Assembly (NCBI GenBank): GCA_963514005.1
Contig: OY740821.1
Span: 13,020,001-13,084,000, forward strand
Origin: Raja brachyura
Taxonomy: Eukaryota
Length of the DNA: 64,000 nucleotides
Direction of reading: 5' to 3'
Positions 14,279 to 27,673 of the stretch are shown here, in pieces. The position numbers and the translations under genes are program-made. Positions within the stretch are counted from its first letter, which is position 1. Each line of letters opens with the position of its first letter. Below the pieces are notes generated by a model. That model saw nothing but the letters and a program-made list of their open reading frames with translations, had not been told where the DNA came from and searched no databases.

Positions 14279-14553
14279 CCCCTGTCCCACTTAGGAAACC
14301 TGAACGGAAACCTCTGGAGACTTTGCGCCCCACTCAAGGTTTCCGTGCGGTTCCCGGTTGTTTTTGTCCTCCGGCAACCGCCTTCAACTAGCATCGCAAC
14401 CGGCTTCGACTAGAAAATTACCGATTTTTTAATCGGAAACCACTTTCGACCATTAGGGAGACTGTCAAAAACCTCCAGGAACCGCATGGAAACCTTGGGT
14501 GGGGCGCAAAGTCTCCAGAGGTTTCCGTTCAGGTTTCCTAAGTGGGACAGGGG
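14279..14553. mobile_element. MITE with ~76-bp terminal inverted repeats (possibly PIF/Harbinger-derived)
   Basis: CCCCTGTCCCACTTAGGAAACCTGAACGGAAACCTCTGGAGACTTTGCGCCCCAC... mirrored by ...GTGGGGCGCAAAGTCTCCAGAGGTTTCCGTTCAGGTTTCCTAAGTGGGACAGGGG; no coding capacity; TSD unclear. Confidence 0.85.
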
Positions 14554-15237
14554 ATAACTCTCCCGCTAAAGGCGGCGCTGCAGTGCCACTGGTGCACAGA
14601 GGATGCCCATTGTGATGTGATCAATGTACATAGAATGGTCCCATCATAAATTAAAACATAAGAGCTTTGGAATGGAAATACAAAAAAAAGAGCAAGCACA
14701 GTTGAATCTTAAGGCAGATTGAATTACATCTGTGGCCCTGGTCCACCTGGAGTTCCGCACTTGGCATCCTGCCGCAGGAGATAGGTTGGAATACAGGATG
14801 TCTATCCCAACTTCAGGCATTACATCGGCAAAGTTTGACGACATAGTAAATTAAAAAAATGAAAAGAAAAGAAGGAAACCAGTCATTTCCTGCTGGCATC
14901 AGCCAGCACAAAGTAGAGATTATATAAAGCAAGAATAAAGGAGGACAGACTTGTATTTCTATAATGCCTTTCATGCCCTTTTTAAAATACTCCAAGCCCC
15001 TTCATGGCCAACAATCGCCATTGTAATGTGGAAAATGTGGCAGCCGATGCAGGCACAGGAAGATCCCACCTACAGAAAAGGGACGATGAGCTGTTAATTT
15101 GGTTTTACTGACGCAGCAGGTCAGGCAGCACCTTGCGGGGGGGGGGGGGGGGGGGCAGTTACCATTTCCGATTGATGAGGTTCTGTCAGAGCTTGTGTTT
15201 CTTTCACCATTTCTGATGCAAGAACGAGACACCAGAG

Positions 15238-15445
15238 CCTGCAGATGCTGGAATCTTGAGAAACACAAAGCGCTGGAGGAAGTCAGCAGATCAGGCACAA
15301 CCGTGGAGGGAATGGACAGACGACGTTTTCAGGTCAGGGTCCTTCTTCAGTCCCAGGATTGAGAAAGGGTCCCAACCCAAAACGTCATCTGTCCATTCCT
15401 TCCGCAGATGCTGTCTGACCCGCTGAGTTCCTCCAGCACATTAGC
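15238..15445. mobile_element. Palindromic Penelope-derived element
   Basis: Two inverted copies of the GCTGGAG..CAGC..GACGTTT..CCTTCTTCAG unit; similar palindromes at ~8722-8880, 39447-39632, 53737-53881, 55550-55682. Confidence 0.7.
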
Positions 15446-15476
15446 CTCGTCTCTGTTACTCTGCGCGGATGCTGTC

Positions 15477-16110
15477 ATAGAAACATAGAAATTAGGTGCA
15501 GGAGTAGGCCATTCGGCCCTTCGAGCCTGCACCGCCATTCAATATGATCATGGCTGATCATCCAACTCAGTATCCCGTACCTGCCTTCTCTCCATACCCT
15601 CTGATCCCCTTAGCCACAAGGGCCACATCTAACTCCCTCTTAAATATAGCCAATGAACTGGCCTCAACTACCCTCTGTGGCAGAGAGTTCCAGAGACCCA
15701 CCACTCTCTGTGTGAAAAAAATCCTTCTCACCTCGGTCCTAAAGGATTTCCCCCTTATCCTTAAGCTGTGACCCCTTGTCCTGGACCTCCCCAACATCGG
15801 GAACAATCTTCCTACATCTAGCCTGTCCAACCCCTTAAGAATCTTGTAAGTTTCTATAAGATCCCCTCTCAATCTAATAAATTCTAGAGAGTATAAACTG
15901 AGTCTATGCAGTCTTTGTTCATAAGACAGTCCTGACATCCCAGGAATCAGTCTGGTGAACCTTCGCTGCACTCCCTCTATGGCAATAATGTCCTTCCTCA
16001 GATTTGGAGACCAGAACTGTACGCAATACTTCAGGTGTGGCCTCACCAAGATCCTATACAACTGAAGTAGAACCTCCCTGCTCCTATACTCAAATCCTTT
16101 TGCTATGAAA
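15477..16110 (-). mobile_element. CR1 (HER1-like) LINE, 5'-truncated, open ORF2 C-terminus
   Basis: ORF 15567-16061 YRILVRPHLKYCVQFWSPNLRKDIIAIEGVQRRFTRLIPG...WNSLP; (TTTCTATG)n tail; flanking GCTGTC duplication (15471-15476/16111-16116). Confidence 0.93.
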
Positions 16111-16339
16111 GCTGTCTGACCTACTGAGGATTTTCAGCACTTTCAGATATTCTGATTTCAGGCAGAATGTTATCTGTAGGCAGCCCCTAATCTGCAGAAA
16201 AGCAACTATAACCCAATGTTTGGCATAGAATGTGGCTACTATGCCTTGTGGCCTGTATACAACATTAGTGGTTAGCTGGCCAATGCTATTCCAACTGGTG
16301 TGTTTTCATTTCATTTCATAGCCAAGCAAGGATTGTTCA

Positions 16340-16835
16340 AAGATAGACACAAAATGCTGGAGTAACTCAGCGGGACAGGCAGCATCTCTGGAGAGAAGGG
16401 ATGGGTGACTTTTCTGGTCGAGACCCTTCTCCAGACTGTGAGTCAGGGGAGAGAAAGACGCAGAGATGAGGAAGTGTAAGTTTGAAAACGAAACATCAAA
16501 GGGAATCAATTTCAAGGGAGATGTAGAATAGACCATTGTTAGCTCGGGGAAGATGGCAACGAAGCACACAAAGGTAAAATGTAATCATGGGGACAGTCGG
16601 ACTCGGAAGGAGGGGATGGAGAGAGAAGGAAAGCAAGGGTTACTTGAAGTCAGGGAAGTCAATATTCTTATCGCTGAGGTGTAAGCTACCCAAGCGAAAT
16701 ATGAGGTGCTGTTTCTCCAATTTGCGCTGGGCCTCACGCTGACAGTAGAGGCGGCCCAGAGCAGAAAGGTCAGTGAGAATGGGAGGGGGTTTAAAGTGCT
16801 CAGCAACCGGGAGATGAAGTAGGTTTAGGCGGGAT
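16340..16835 (-). mobile_element. Penelope-like element 3' fragment (GIY-YIG C-terminus plus 3' UTR)
   Basis: LPVAEHF...RKLEKQHLIFRLGSLH..NIDFPDFK is typical of the PLE endonuclease C-terminus; followed by the dispersed short repeat with a degenerate hammerhead-like core. Confidence 0.8.
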
Positions 16836-17458
16836 TGTCCAAGTCCAACCATTCTGCTGGTCCCACAAATGGGCGCCTCCCCTCACTCGCCCATCCGCAA
16901 GTCAAAGCAAAAAGGTTTTGCCAAGCGTTGAACACAATGACACGACGTGCGCCGTGGTTCACATGTGACAATCATCGCAACACACCCGGCTTCATCCAAA
17001 TAAACGGCAGGAGATGTTTTAGATTTATTTAACCAGGCAATGTGCCTTTTAAAAAACTGTCCCAGACTACTCCCAAACTGGCTCTAATCCCTTTCCTGTC
17101 ACTTTCTGTTCCGTGATGCTTTTTCTTTAAATCGCGTGTTGCAAATTCTCGGAAATAAAACATTAACAACTCGTGCTTTTCAGAAGGAGGAAAACAAAAC
17201 AATTTCAGTTACTTGAACTTTGGCCCCAAACTCCTCGCACTGAGTAAAACAGCAAAAACAACAGCGTGCACATTCTCGCTAAGAAATGAAACAAAAACAA
17301 GTCTGACAAAGTCAACAGAAACTAAAGAGCTCAATTTTGTCGGGAATGCTACATATCTGAACTGCCCCGCTACTTACGATAGCAATGTCACACACAATGT
17401 ACACAGCGCTCACACAATCGCACAAACACACACGCTGACAGCGGATGGTCCGAGGTAC

Positions 17459-17557
17459 CTTTGTAAGCCTCATTTTCTCTTCTTTCTTTTTCGTGGGTTC
17501 ATCTGGGGTTCCGCAAAGCTCCTTCTCGCAGCAATCGAGGCTTATAGAACAGCCCAT
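17459..17557 (-). CDS. TNS2: Probable first coding exon of a tensin (long isoform, likely TNS2); no further exons found in the window
   Basis: MGCSISLDCCEKELCGTPDEPTKKKEEKMRLTK ending at phase-0 donor AAG|GTACCT. It resembles the MGCTVSLVCCE start of long tensin-1 isoforms as recalled. The TNS2 call is inferred from human 12q13 linkage with PA2G4. Confidence 0.65.
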
Positions 17558-19499
17558 GCAGCTCTCTCCTGCGGGCTGCCGGGGAGAGAGATGGCTTTTA
17601 CCGCCCCTCTCTCACTGAAAGAGACCGAGCCCAGTTGACTTCAGCCTAAGCACCGCCTCCGAGTTGAACAGAAGCGGGCTTGCCAGATGTGGAGATTGGG
17701 GGGGGGGGGGGGGGGGGTACAGATGTTGCTGTTCCCCGTCTCACAAACAGATGTCAATAGTGCTCGCAAGGAACCAGTCTCATCTCACTCGGGCACTGGC
17801 TCCGACTAAAACTTCAGCTGCACTTATTGGACTGTACTTCAGATTTCATAACACGCCGATCAATCAAATTGAGTTTTCAAAGAACAAAAGATGACGGCAT
17901 GCTGCGAGTATTTAAGCTCAATAGCATTTTTTTCCTCTCTCTCTCTCTCTCTCCTTCCTTCTCTTGGGGCAAACTGTAACCTGCAAACAATTACTTAAAC
18001 TGGGGGGGAAAAAAGGCAGACAGCTCCAATTGGTGCAGACAGTAGTATCACTCACAGCAAATGTTTAACATGGAGTGCAGAGGGAGCGCTGAGAAGTTCA
18101 CCATAACTGGACAAATGTTGGTCATGCTGTTCCAGCATATGTCTTGCAGAACTTGCAACAGATGTGCAAAGGAGTAGTCCAGTAGTGGTACCAGTTGTGG
18201 CTCTGCGACACGTGCTCAAATATAAACCAGGCGAACGCTCTAGTAATTTAAGAAGGAACTGCAGATGCTGGAAACTCGATGATAGTCAAAAGTGCTGGAG
18301 AAACTCAGCGGGTGAGGCAGCATCTATGGGGCGAAGGATGAATGCTGCATCGCTCCGTCGAATGCTCTAGTCGTCCGTTTCTCCGGGACTGCTGTCCCGC
18401 GAATCAATATTATTATTTCATCCAGCAAACCTTAATTGCAGCGCCTCCAATGCAAATATCTCCCTCGTGATACGAAGAAATCCGGACTCGGCAGTTCTCC
18501 AGGTGCGGGTGCAGCAAGAATCCCCTGCCTCTCTACTTCAAACCCTCCTGCATTCTCATTTGCCTTCCAAATTACTTGCTGAACATGCATTGCTAATTTA
18601 ACGTTTCCCGTTCAAACAGGTCACTCTTACTGCCATCATTTCATAATCACTTAAAAAAACCACATCGGACGCTGGAACTTAAAGGGAGCCGGGTTACTAG
18701 CCTGTAAAACTAGATGGGGTGAAGAGCATTCTTTGGGCAATTCTTTAATCATGTCGGTGGCTGAACGGAAGGGATTGTGATTGCTGGCATTAAAAGCATC
18801 TTCATCTTAATCACCACTTTACCCATGGACATCCGAATCCCAACCAGAAGACCAGGGATGTTACAGTTTTAATGACTGAGATTGTGGCGCATTCCCAGGA
18901 CAGACAGGCAGTTATCAAACCCATGGGATGACGCACAGAATCAGTTAATGCTGTCTGAGACTCGGCGAGTACAATCGCACACAGCACCACTCAATGGGAA
19001 CAAGATGCTATTTTGTTGGCATGCTGCCAAAGCACTGTGTATTGTGATCATATCAAGTGCTGAACTTTCCCCTTTTGTTCTTTCCAAACTTCGAGCACAT
19101 CGTACCTTAAATCTGTCGCCATTGACGTTGTGCACTAGCGTGGCCTGGTCCTGAACAGGGAATATCCGTCACAGTACAAGGCTAGTCTCACTTGTCACTT
19201 CTTCAATGCTTTATCCTTCGGTTCTGGTGTTGAGGTGGTCCGTTTTGTTTGCATTCATGGCTTTGGAGCCGTGCTGTACTGATGGCATCTCCTAACACAC
19301 TATTCCCCAAGCCATCCCTTCCTCCTTTAAAAGCCAGGCCTAGAAAGTACGAAATACTAGCAGGAATGGAGCCACTTGCCCCCCCCCCACCACCATCACC
19401 ATTCACGGCTGATATTTTCCCTCAAGGACACCTTTCTACAGTTGCCCCCTGACCCTCTAATTATTTTCCTATCAAAAAAATCCACCCATCTCCGTCTTC

Positions 19500-20152
19500 A
19501 GGAAGTGAAGAGGTACACACACCTCGTTTGCATTGGCAGTGTCGAAGTAGAGATGGTTGAAAACCTCAAGTTCCTAGGAGTCAATATCACCAACAACTTC
19601 TCATGGACCACCCATATTGAAGCAATGGCCAAGAAAGCATATCAACGCCTCGACTTCCTTAGAAGGCTTAAGGAAGTTCGGCATGTCCCCTACAACTCTC
19701 ACCAACTTCTGCAGATGCACCATAGAAAGCATTTTATCGGGATGCATCACAGCTTGGTTTGGGAACAGCTCCATCCAAGACCACAAGAAAATGCAACAAA
19801 TTGTGTGACGCAGCCCAGTGCATCACACAAACCATCAGGCAAAGGGTATAGAAGTGTGAAAACACACATTTCCTGATTCAGGGACAGTTTCGTCCCAGCT
19901 GTTATCAGGCAACTGAATCATCCAACCACAACCAGAGAGCAGTGCTGAACTATGATCTACCTCATTGGTGACCCTTGGACTATCCTTGATTGGACTTTGC
20001 TGGCTTTATCTCGCACTAAACATTATTCCCTTATCATTTATCTATACACTGTAATAACTCGATTATAATCATGTATTGTGTTTCTGCTAACTGGATAGCC
20101 CGCAACAAAAGCTTTTCACTGTACCTCGGTACACGTGACAATAAACTAAACT
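19500..20152 (+). mobile_element. Rex1/Babar-clade LINE 3' fragment (frameshifted)
   Basis: VEMVENLKFLGVNITNNFSW...KKAYQRLDFLRRLK / FGMSPTTLTNFCRCTIESILSGCITAWFGN; tail GACAATAAACTAAACT; older copy at ~56100-56545. Confidence 0.85.
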
Positions 20153-20199
20153 GCCTGACCCGCTGAGTTACTCCAGCACTTTCTGTTCTACTTTTACCA

Positions 20200-20547
20200 T
20201 GAAATGTTCCCAATGTTGGGCGAGTCCAGAACCAGGGGTCACAGTCTTAGAATAAAGGGGAAGTCATTAAAGACTGAGGCGAGAAAAAACGTTTTCACCC
20301 AGAGAATTGTGAATTTATGGAATTCCCTGCCACAGAGGGCAGTGGAGGCCAAGTCACTGGATGGATTTAAGAGAGAGTTAGATAGAGCTCTAGGGGCTAG
20401 TGGAGTCAAGGGATATGGGGAGAAGGCAGGCACGGGTTATTGATAGGGGATGATCAGCCATGATCACAATGAATGGCGGTGCTGGCTCGAAGGGCCGAAT
20501 GGCCTCCTCCTGCACCTATTTTCTGTTTCTATGTGTTTACGTTTCTA
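20200..20547 (+). mobile_element. CR1 LINE 3' fragment
   Basis: MFPMLGESRTRGHSLRIKG...LWNSLPQRAVEA...GYGEKAGTGY and CR1 3' UTR. Confidence 0.9.
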
Positions 20548-20664
20548 ACCCTGGGTGCCCTCTTGTGCAGCAGGAGATCAAGGAGGCAGGAAAGGAGATG
20601 AAAGGTAAAAGATCAGGCACAATCATATTGAATGGCTAAATGGGACACCCCAACTTTATTTTGA

Positions 20665-20795
20665 GTCTGAAGAAGTGTTTCGGCCCGAGACGCTGCCTAG
20701 TTCCTTCACTCCATAGATGCTGCTGCACCAGCTGAGTTTCTCCAGCACGTTTGTCTACCTTCGATTTTCCAGCATCTACAGTTCCTTCTTAAACA
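20665..20795 (+). mobile_element. Penelope-derived short repeat, second subfamily
   Basis: CTGAAGAAG..TTTCGGCCCGAGACG..ATGCTGCTGCACCAGCTGAGTTTCTCCAGCA..CAGTTCCTTCTTAAA; partial reverse copy at 18247-18345. Confidence 0.65.
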
Positions 20796-23700
20796 CCCCA
20801 ACTTCTATTGCTTAAGTTCCTATGGAAATACTCAGCAGGTCAGACAGCATCTGCAGAGAGAGACACAGGATTCGAGATTCAATTCAATTACCTGCCATAA
20901 ACTGCGAACCATTCCAACGTTTCATTGGTATTTGTATTTGAACTGCTGTTCTCTAGAATTCTTCCTTGGGTTTATTTTTTCACTCATCTCTCCCTTATTC
21001 CTTGGTATCTGAAGTCTTAACAACTATTTCCTGAGTTCAATCTTTCATAATCCTGATCTCTCCAATTACATTCCTCAAAATCTTTTTTATTCTAAAGAAA
21101 GCATTTCATAATTTGATCTATTTTTTGAAAGAAACTTTATCCTTTGCATCAGAAGCACTTGACCACTGTGGACATTAACATACTTTCTCCCCACTTTATT
21201 AGCTGTTAAATCAATGTGCCGTGGAGCAGTTTAACATACAAATCTCATTTGGTTGGGCCAGATTGCCAAAAGCAACATGGTATGCATGAACAAGGAGGCT
21301 TTTTATTGGCCACTTAAAACAAAACTGGATCCTAAAATCTTTTAGCTTCAACAGAACAGTTTTACAAGTCGTCGCCTGTACACCTTCAACATTAGGAACG
21401 TTTACACAAACAATACTGTTACGTGGTCTGGTCCACTCAGTCGCTGGAGGTGGACAAGTCTTGAAATGTTTAGAGTGTCATTTCTCATCACAATTGCAAA
21501 CAGCATGAAATCATTTGCAGTCACTTCCGGAAACCTTATCTGAGGCTCTCTGCAATCTCCGCAGAGTTCAATTTTATGAGTCCATCCCACTTAGATTTAC
21601 AAAGCACTAACACTGCAGAAACAGGCCATTCAGGCCGTTCCCCTTACTAGTATTCCCAGGGTGTCCCCAGGGAGTGTGTCAATATTTACAGGGGGGTCCC
21701 TGGGGTGTGTGTCAGTATTTATAGGACCAGAGGGCACAGCCTCAGAATAAACGAACATACCTTTAGAAAGGAGATGAGGAGGAATTTCTTTAGCCAGAGG
21801 GTGGTGAATCTGTGGAATTCATTGGCACAGAAGAGTGGCTTCAAGGCTTCAGCGAAACATTGACCGTTTCTGCCTGACCTGCTGAGTCTTTCCAGTATTT
21901 CCCGTTTTTGTTTCAGATTTCCAGCATCTGCAGCTTTTAGATATTCACTCATGGTCATATTGAACAGCAGGGCAGGTTTGAGAGGCCAGGTGGTTTGCTC
22001 CTGACCTGTTTTCTAATGCTCTGAAAACTAACAGCAGGGCAACGTAGTAAAGAGGTCTTTGCATTTCTATTGCCCCAAGCCCTTTCTAGCCAACCAGGTA
22101 CCTCTGAGACATAGTCATTGCTGCAAGGTAGAAAACATACAAGTAACGTGTACAATACTTTCCCACAGACAGCAATGTGATAACTAGATGATGTACTCTT
22201 GACTTTTGAATGATGGCTAAGACTGTGGGTAGAGGACTGTGAGATTGCTCACATCCTCCCGGGAGAGCAGAATGTCTGATGGCACGGATTTCCCTCAGTA
22301 TTGGAGTCAACCCCTTTGAAGTAGACCAGGCCTTGAACTCACAACCCTCCGACTCAGAGGCAGGACAGAACGCTGTGGAGATTCTTGATTAGTACGGGTG
22401 TCAGGGGTTATGGGGAGAAGGCAGGAGTTAAGATGGGGTTAAGATGGATTAGCCATGATTGAATGGCTGAGTAGACCTGAAGAGCCAAATGGTCTAATTC
22501 TGCTCCTATCACTTATGAACTTATGACAGCCACCTATCATGGCACGGCAGATTTACAGACCCTTTGGTTCGGCCTGAGCCATTGGTATCAGTGGGATGGG
22601 AAGTCGGGTCGGTGTTAAGCATGGATGAGTGGGTCTTCATGTTGGCAAGCCAGAGGGGCTGGGTGTAGACACGGTATCTGACAGAAGGGGTGCGTCTGGG
22701 GGCTTGAGAAGTGGTGGGGAGCAGGAGCCAGGGCAGGCTGTCTTGTGAAAGCTGATCTCTGTCTGCAGAAGCCTCACCTCCAGCTCTCAGTGTTCAGCGA
22801 TAACCTGCCGTCTCCTTGGCAACACTTTGGAAGGTCAGCCCGCCATTGTCAACTTTGGCTCCGAAACACGTTATTTAAAAAAAAACAAAAAACTAAACAT
22901 CCAAGATCTTATTTAAACAAGTGAAATAAATGTTTAATCCAAGCCATCGCTTACGTTGTCGCTGTTGGAGAGACAAGGTAACAATGCTCAACTTAAAGAG
23001 AAAACCATTAACATCCTTAATCTTCATTAAGGAAGAAAAAGCATTACAGCCAGCACCAGGAGGCTTTGACAGCACATCAAGCTCTCCCTGTGAAACAGTG
23101 TGGGCCTTGATGAAGTGGGCGCAAGTATGCGGTTTATTAAAGTGTATAAAATTTCACAAAACCGTTCCACACCAATACTCAAAAGCATCAATCATAACTC
23201 ATGTACGATGGAGTTAAAGTCCGACTGGGGAGTGATTCACAAATTCTTAACACAGAGACCATTAAAATGGGCACCCGGCCAAAAGAATACTTAATAAGTT
23301 TAACTGCAACATTCATTCTTGTTGGTCGACGCAGGCTAAAATTCAGAGCGGTTAGTAATCAGATTAACATTTGCGAGACAATGGGAAAGTGGTTTGACCC
23401 TCTCCTTTTAAGGACCGGGTCACACAAAATCTACAGTCGACCTAATACCTGCAGCTCTCGAGTTTGTAATTCATTTTATTCCCAGAAGATTAGAAGTTAA
23501 AAGTTTTTTTTTAATGATCTGTCTGGCCACTGGGTGACTGGGAATCTGCTCTCGCCTCTCACAGTCCTGGAAGAGTCACTCATGTTTACATGATACAATT
23601 ATCAGACAGACGTTTTGCTACCAAGCCAGACTGAGGGCGAGGGCAGCAGCCCAAAGGCTCAGTCACAGATTTGGGCTTTAAAAAGGTTCCTGAATGAGGG

Positions 23701-26052
23701 AAGAGAGGCAGAGGGGGTTCCTGAGAAGGCTCAGGAGAGAATGGCAGAGAGGTGTTTGGAGGGAGCTTCAGAGCTTGGGGTCCAAAAAGCTGAGGAGGAG
23801 CGAGAGGGGGAGAGGGGGAGTTATAGAGCCGGGGGTCTGAGCAGCTTAAGGAGCAGAGGGAGGTGGAAGGAGGGAGTTCCAGAGCTTGGGGCTCCGGCAA
23901 CTGACGGAGGAGAGAGAGATGGGGAAGAGCAGGGAGAGTTCCTGAGTTTGGGGACCAGGCATCTGATCGCAAGTCACGAGAGTGGAGCGGTTAAATCTCC
24001 ATGTCAATAAAATGGGCAGATTAGGAGAGACTCATAAAGATTACAGAGAGAAAGTTTTGACAAAAGGACCAAATTTCCTTGCCTTCTCCTGCCAGAAGAG
24101 CCGCGACTTCTCATCAAACCTTCTTTAACCTCATCAGCCGAAACCAAGGGTTGACCACCTACAGAAATCCCCAGGGTATAACCAGGAACTATTTGTAAGT
24201 TGCTCCATCACAGTTGTGATCAGGAGTTGAGGTTTAACGTGGATGGGACTGGGAATTGGGGTCCAGGGTTTATTTTGTCTGCCAAGGGCCTCGATTGTGC
24301 CAAGTGTTGTCCTCAACATCGGGCACAATTTATGAATCAATCTTTGACCATCATGGACCTGTTGAGTGGAAGGAGGATTCTCAGCGGGGCTATTTCAAGA
24401 GAGAGCAAAGAGCCAGAAACCGTCCACTCTGATCCCATCACGCGTCACTAATCTGTGGGCCAAGTGGTGAGTTAAACCATTTGGGAAATAAAAACATTCA
24501 CAAAGCCTGCAATGAGCTCACAGATACAAGTACAACATTGAAAATTCGCACGCACAGACCAAGTTGAAGTGTCGCATGAAAGAGTTAATTTCTTTTTTTT
24601 TTTAAATATACGCAGTGTTGTAAAATTCTCCACAATCACACTTAAACACAGCTGAAGAGTTTGGCTTCCAGGACTCTCAGCCCTTTACAGTAAATGACCC
24701 ACTCTTCTGAGGGCAAAGAGGATTTTAATAAAAATATTATTCCGAAAGACTGAATTGAATCCAAAATGATTCCGATACTTCAGATCACTCTTTCCACACC
24801 AGTTTCCAGCCCTGGCTAATCCACGGCTGCCTGTCCCACTGCAGCGTGTGAAAACAGGAAACAGCAGCCAGAGAGGCCAGGCCGCATCTGGTGATCATAA
24901 CGGGGGACATTGGCCACCCTCGGCCTTGCCAAGCCTCAGCTCTGACGATTCTGACAGTGGTCACCGTCACTCTGCAGCACATCTATCCCGGTGCCTGCAA
25001 CAGACCCCGTGACAGAGGGCTCTCCCAGATTAAGGGAGGCTTCCCGTGGATCTGAGCGAGAGGGAGAGAGGCGTAGACACACGTCTTTCTCTCTCTCAAC
25101 CCCTTCACTCTCCTTCCTTCTTTTCTGCTGCACTCTTCCCCCACCCTTCACATCTTCACCATTCACATTTTCTCTGCCCCCTCTATTGCCCCCCCACTCT
25201 TACCTTATTCCCCATCTTCATCTCCACCAGAGTCACAGAGTGACAGCATGGAAATAGGCCCTTCATCCCTCTGTATGCACCAACCATGGGAGAATTGTTT
25301 AGATCACTAGATGGTGGGAAAGGAAGAGGTGGTACATTTTATGCTTTGTGGCGCCACATCTTAGCGTTTTAAACCACGCCTGCCCAAAATTCCTTGCTGG
25401 TAGCTACTTCTTACTTAGTATTCATAAAAACCCAACAAGGCCCAATGGATCAGATTGAGCCAGGGTAGGTGAACCAAGAGCCAGAGAACACAGGTTTGAG
25501 GTGAGTGGGGAAAGATGTAATAGGAACCCGAGGGGCAACATTTTCACTCAGAAGGTGGTGGGTACAGGGAAGGAACTGTTAGAGTACTTGCGGCGGGGAC
25601 TATAACAACTTTTAAAAGACAGGTAGGTGGATAGGAAAGGTTTAGAGGGATATGGGCCTAGTGTAGATGGGGCATCTTGGTCGGCATGGGCAAGTTGCCG
25701 CAAAAGGGCCCGTTTCCACGCTGTACGACTCTATAACTCTACGTGGAACAGGACAAATGACGAGCATAAATGGAAACAGGTGGCCAGCAATTTCACTTCA
25801 CACTGGGAACATTGCTTCCAATACAATAAATTTAACTGTAACATTGACGCAGAGATGTTTAAAACAGGGTTGTGACCAGACTAGCAGCCAGAGGTCAGAA
25901 CCATCAATCGTGGCAAAATTTGAGGACAAAAAGACAAGAGTGAACCAAGATAAAAGTGATGGAAGCACTCAAAGGGTCTCCAACCCGTGACACTATCTCT
26001 GCATATCTCTCCACCGATGCTGCCTGACCTGCTGGGTATTTTCCAGCATTTT

Positions 26053-26790
26053 AGACAATAGACAATAGGTGCAGGAGTAGGCCATTTGGCCCTTTGAGCC
26101 AGCACCGCCATTCAATGTGATCATGGCTGATCATCCCCAATCAGTACCCCGTCCTGCCTTCTCCCCATATCCCCATGATTCTGCTATTTTTAAGAGCCCT
26201 ATCTAGCTCTCTCTTGAAAGCATCCAGAGAACCTGCCTCCACCGCCCTCTGAGGCAGAGAATTCCACAGACTCACAACTCTCTGTGAGAAAAAGTGTTTC
26301 TGCGTCTCCGTTCTAAATGGCTTACTCCTTATTCTTAAACTGTGGCCATTGGTTCTGGACTCCCTCAACATCGGGAACATGTTTCCTGCCTCTAGCGTGT
26401 CCAAACCCTTAACAATCTTATATGTTTCAATGAGATACCCTCTCATCCTTATAAACTCCAGAGTGTACAAGCCCAGCTGCTCCATTCTCTCAGCATATGA
26501 CAGTCCTGCCATCCCGGGAATTAACCTTGTAAACCTATGCTGCACTCCCTCAATAGCATGAATGTCCTTCCTCAAATTAGGGGACCAAAACTGTACACAA
26601 TACTCCAGGTGTGGTCTCACTAGGGCCCTGTACAACTGCAGAAGGACCTCTTTGCTCCTATACTCAACTCCTCTTGTTATAAAGGCCAACATGCCATTCG
26701 CTTTCTTCACTGCCTGCTGTACCTGCATACTTACTTTCATAGACTGATGAACAAAGACCCCCAGATCCCGTTTGTACTTCCCCTTTCCCA
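26053..26790 (-). mobile_element. CR1 LINE, 5'-truncated, largely open ORF2 C-terminus
   Basis: RDLGVFVHQSMKVSMQVQQAVKKANGMLAFITRGVEYRSKEVLLQLYRALVRPHLEYCVQFWSP; (ATTGTCT)n tail marks a subfamily different from the 15477 copy. Confidence 0.93.
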
Positions 26791-27673
26791 ACTTGTTTCT
26801 AGATATACGTCCAATTTCTAGCAAAAACTGCAGATCGCCTTTCTAATTTGGGGCCCTAATAACAACCTGTTAGTCTTAAAAGCAGTGATCACAAAACTAC
26901 GTTTTTGTTCACATCATGAAAAATATTGAATTAAAATTTAAATTCTCACGTGCCGTAGTGGGATCTGAACTTGGGCCAGGTTTTTGGATTGCAAACCCAC
27001 GACCTGAACAACTAAACCAATATTCTGCCATGGGCTTTGTATTGCTCTCTCTCGCTCCATGGCCAATGCTGCTGACCCCACCCCCCCCCCCCCCCCCCCC
27101 ACCTTACCAACTATTTCAAGATGCTAATAATTCCTCACAAACTCTACGCTGTGTTGATGGATACAGCAATTATACTTGTACAGGGGTTAGGGATATCTCC
27201 TTCATGCTTCTTGAAAAAGATTGGGTTGTTAGCTTAACTCTGCCCTCTAGTGGCGTTTCACACTCACGACCCAAGCAGGGCAGGGAGAGAGAAGGCATGA
27301 ATCTCTCCTGTGGAACTGAACACCAAATTTATAACACATCGTGGCCACAAGCACGAATCAGAGACAGAATAAACTAGCATTGCAAAAACCACGTTACAAC
27401 AAACGCTATAGAAATCTACTGCAAGTATTTAGAATATATTTCTGCCCGCATTGGAGTCCGACCATTAAACCGGGAATGGTTGAGAGAAGTTTCTCTCTGG
27501 TATGTCTCAGTATCGCCAAATAAACCCAAGAACCGAATGCATAGGTGGTCCTACTGATCTACTTGTTGGGAGTTTACTCCGGATGCACTATGGTAAGTTG
27601 CTTAGTTTTAGTTAAATATTGGCAGCCATGTGCATGTAGTGAGAAATAGACAAACATTTCATGTTGAGGACAA

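Noticed and set aside
18056-18150. Minus-strand ATG frames ending at a CT|GTGAGT donor upstream of the tensin exon
   Set aside because: Open frames end in phase 1 or 2, not phase 0, and no homology was recognised; could be a non-coding 5' exon but unsupported.
24785-25060. Moderately GC-rich stretch with short minus-strand ORFs
   Set aside because: No recognisable protein or convincing splice pair; may be regulatory but there is no evidence.
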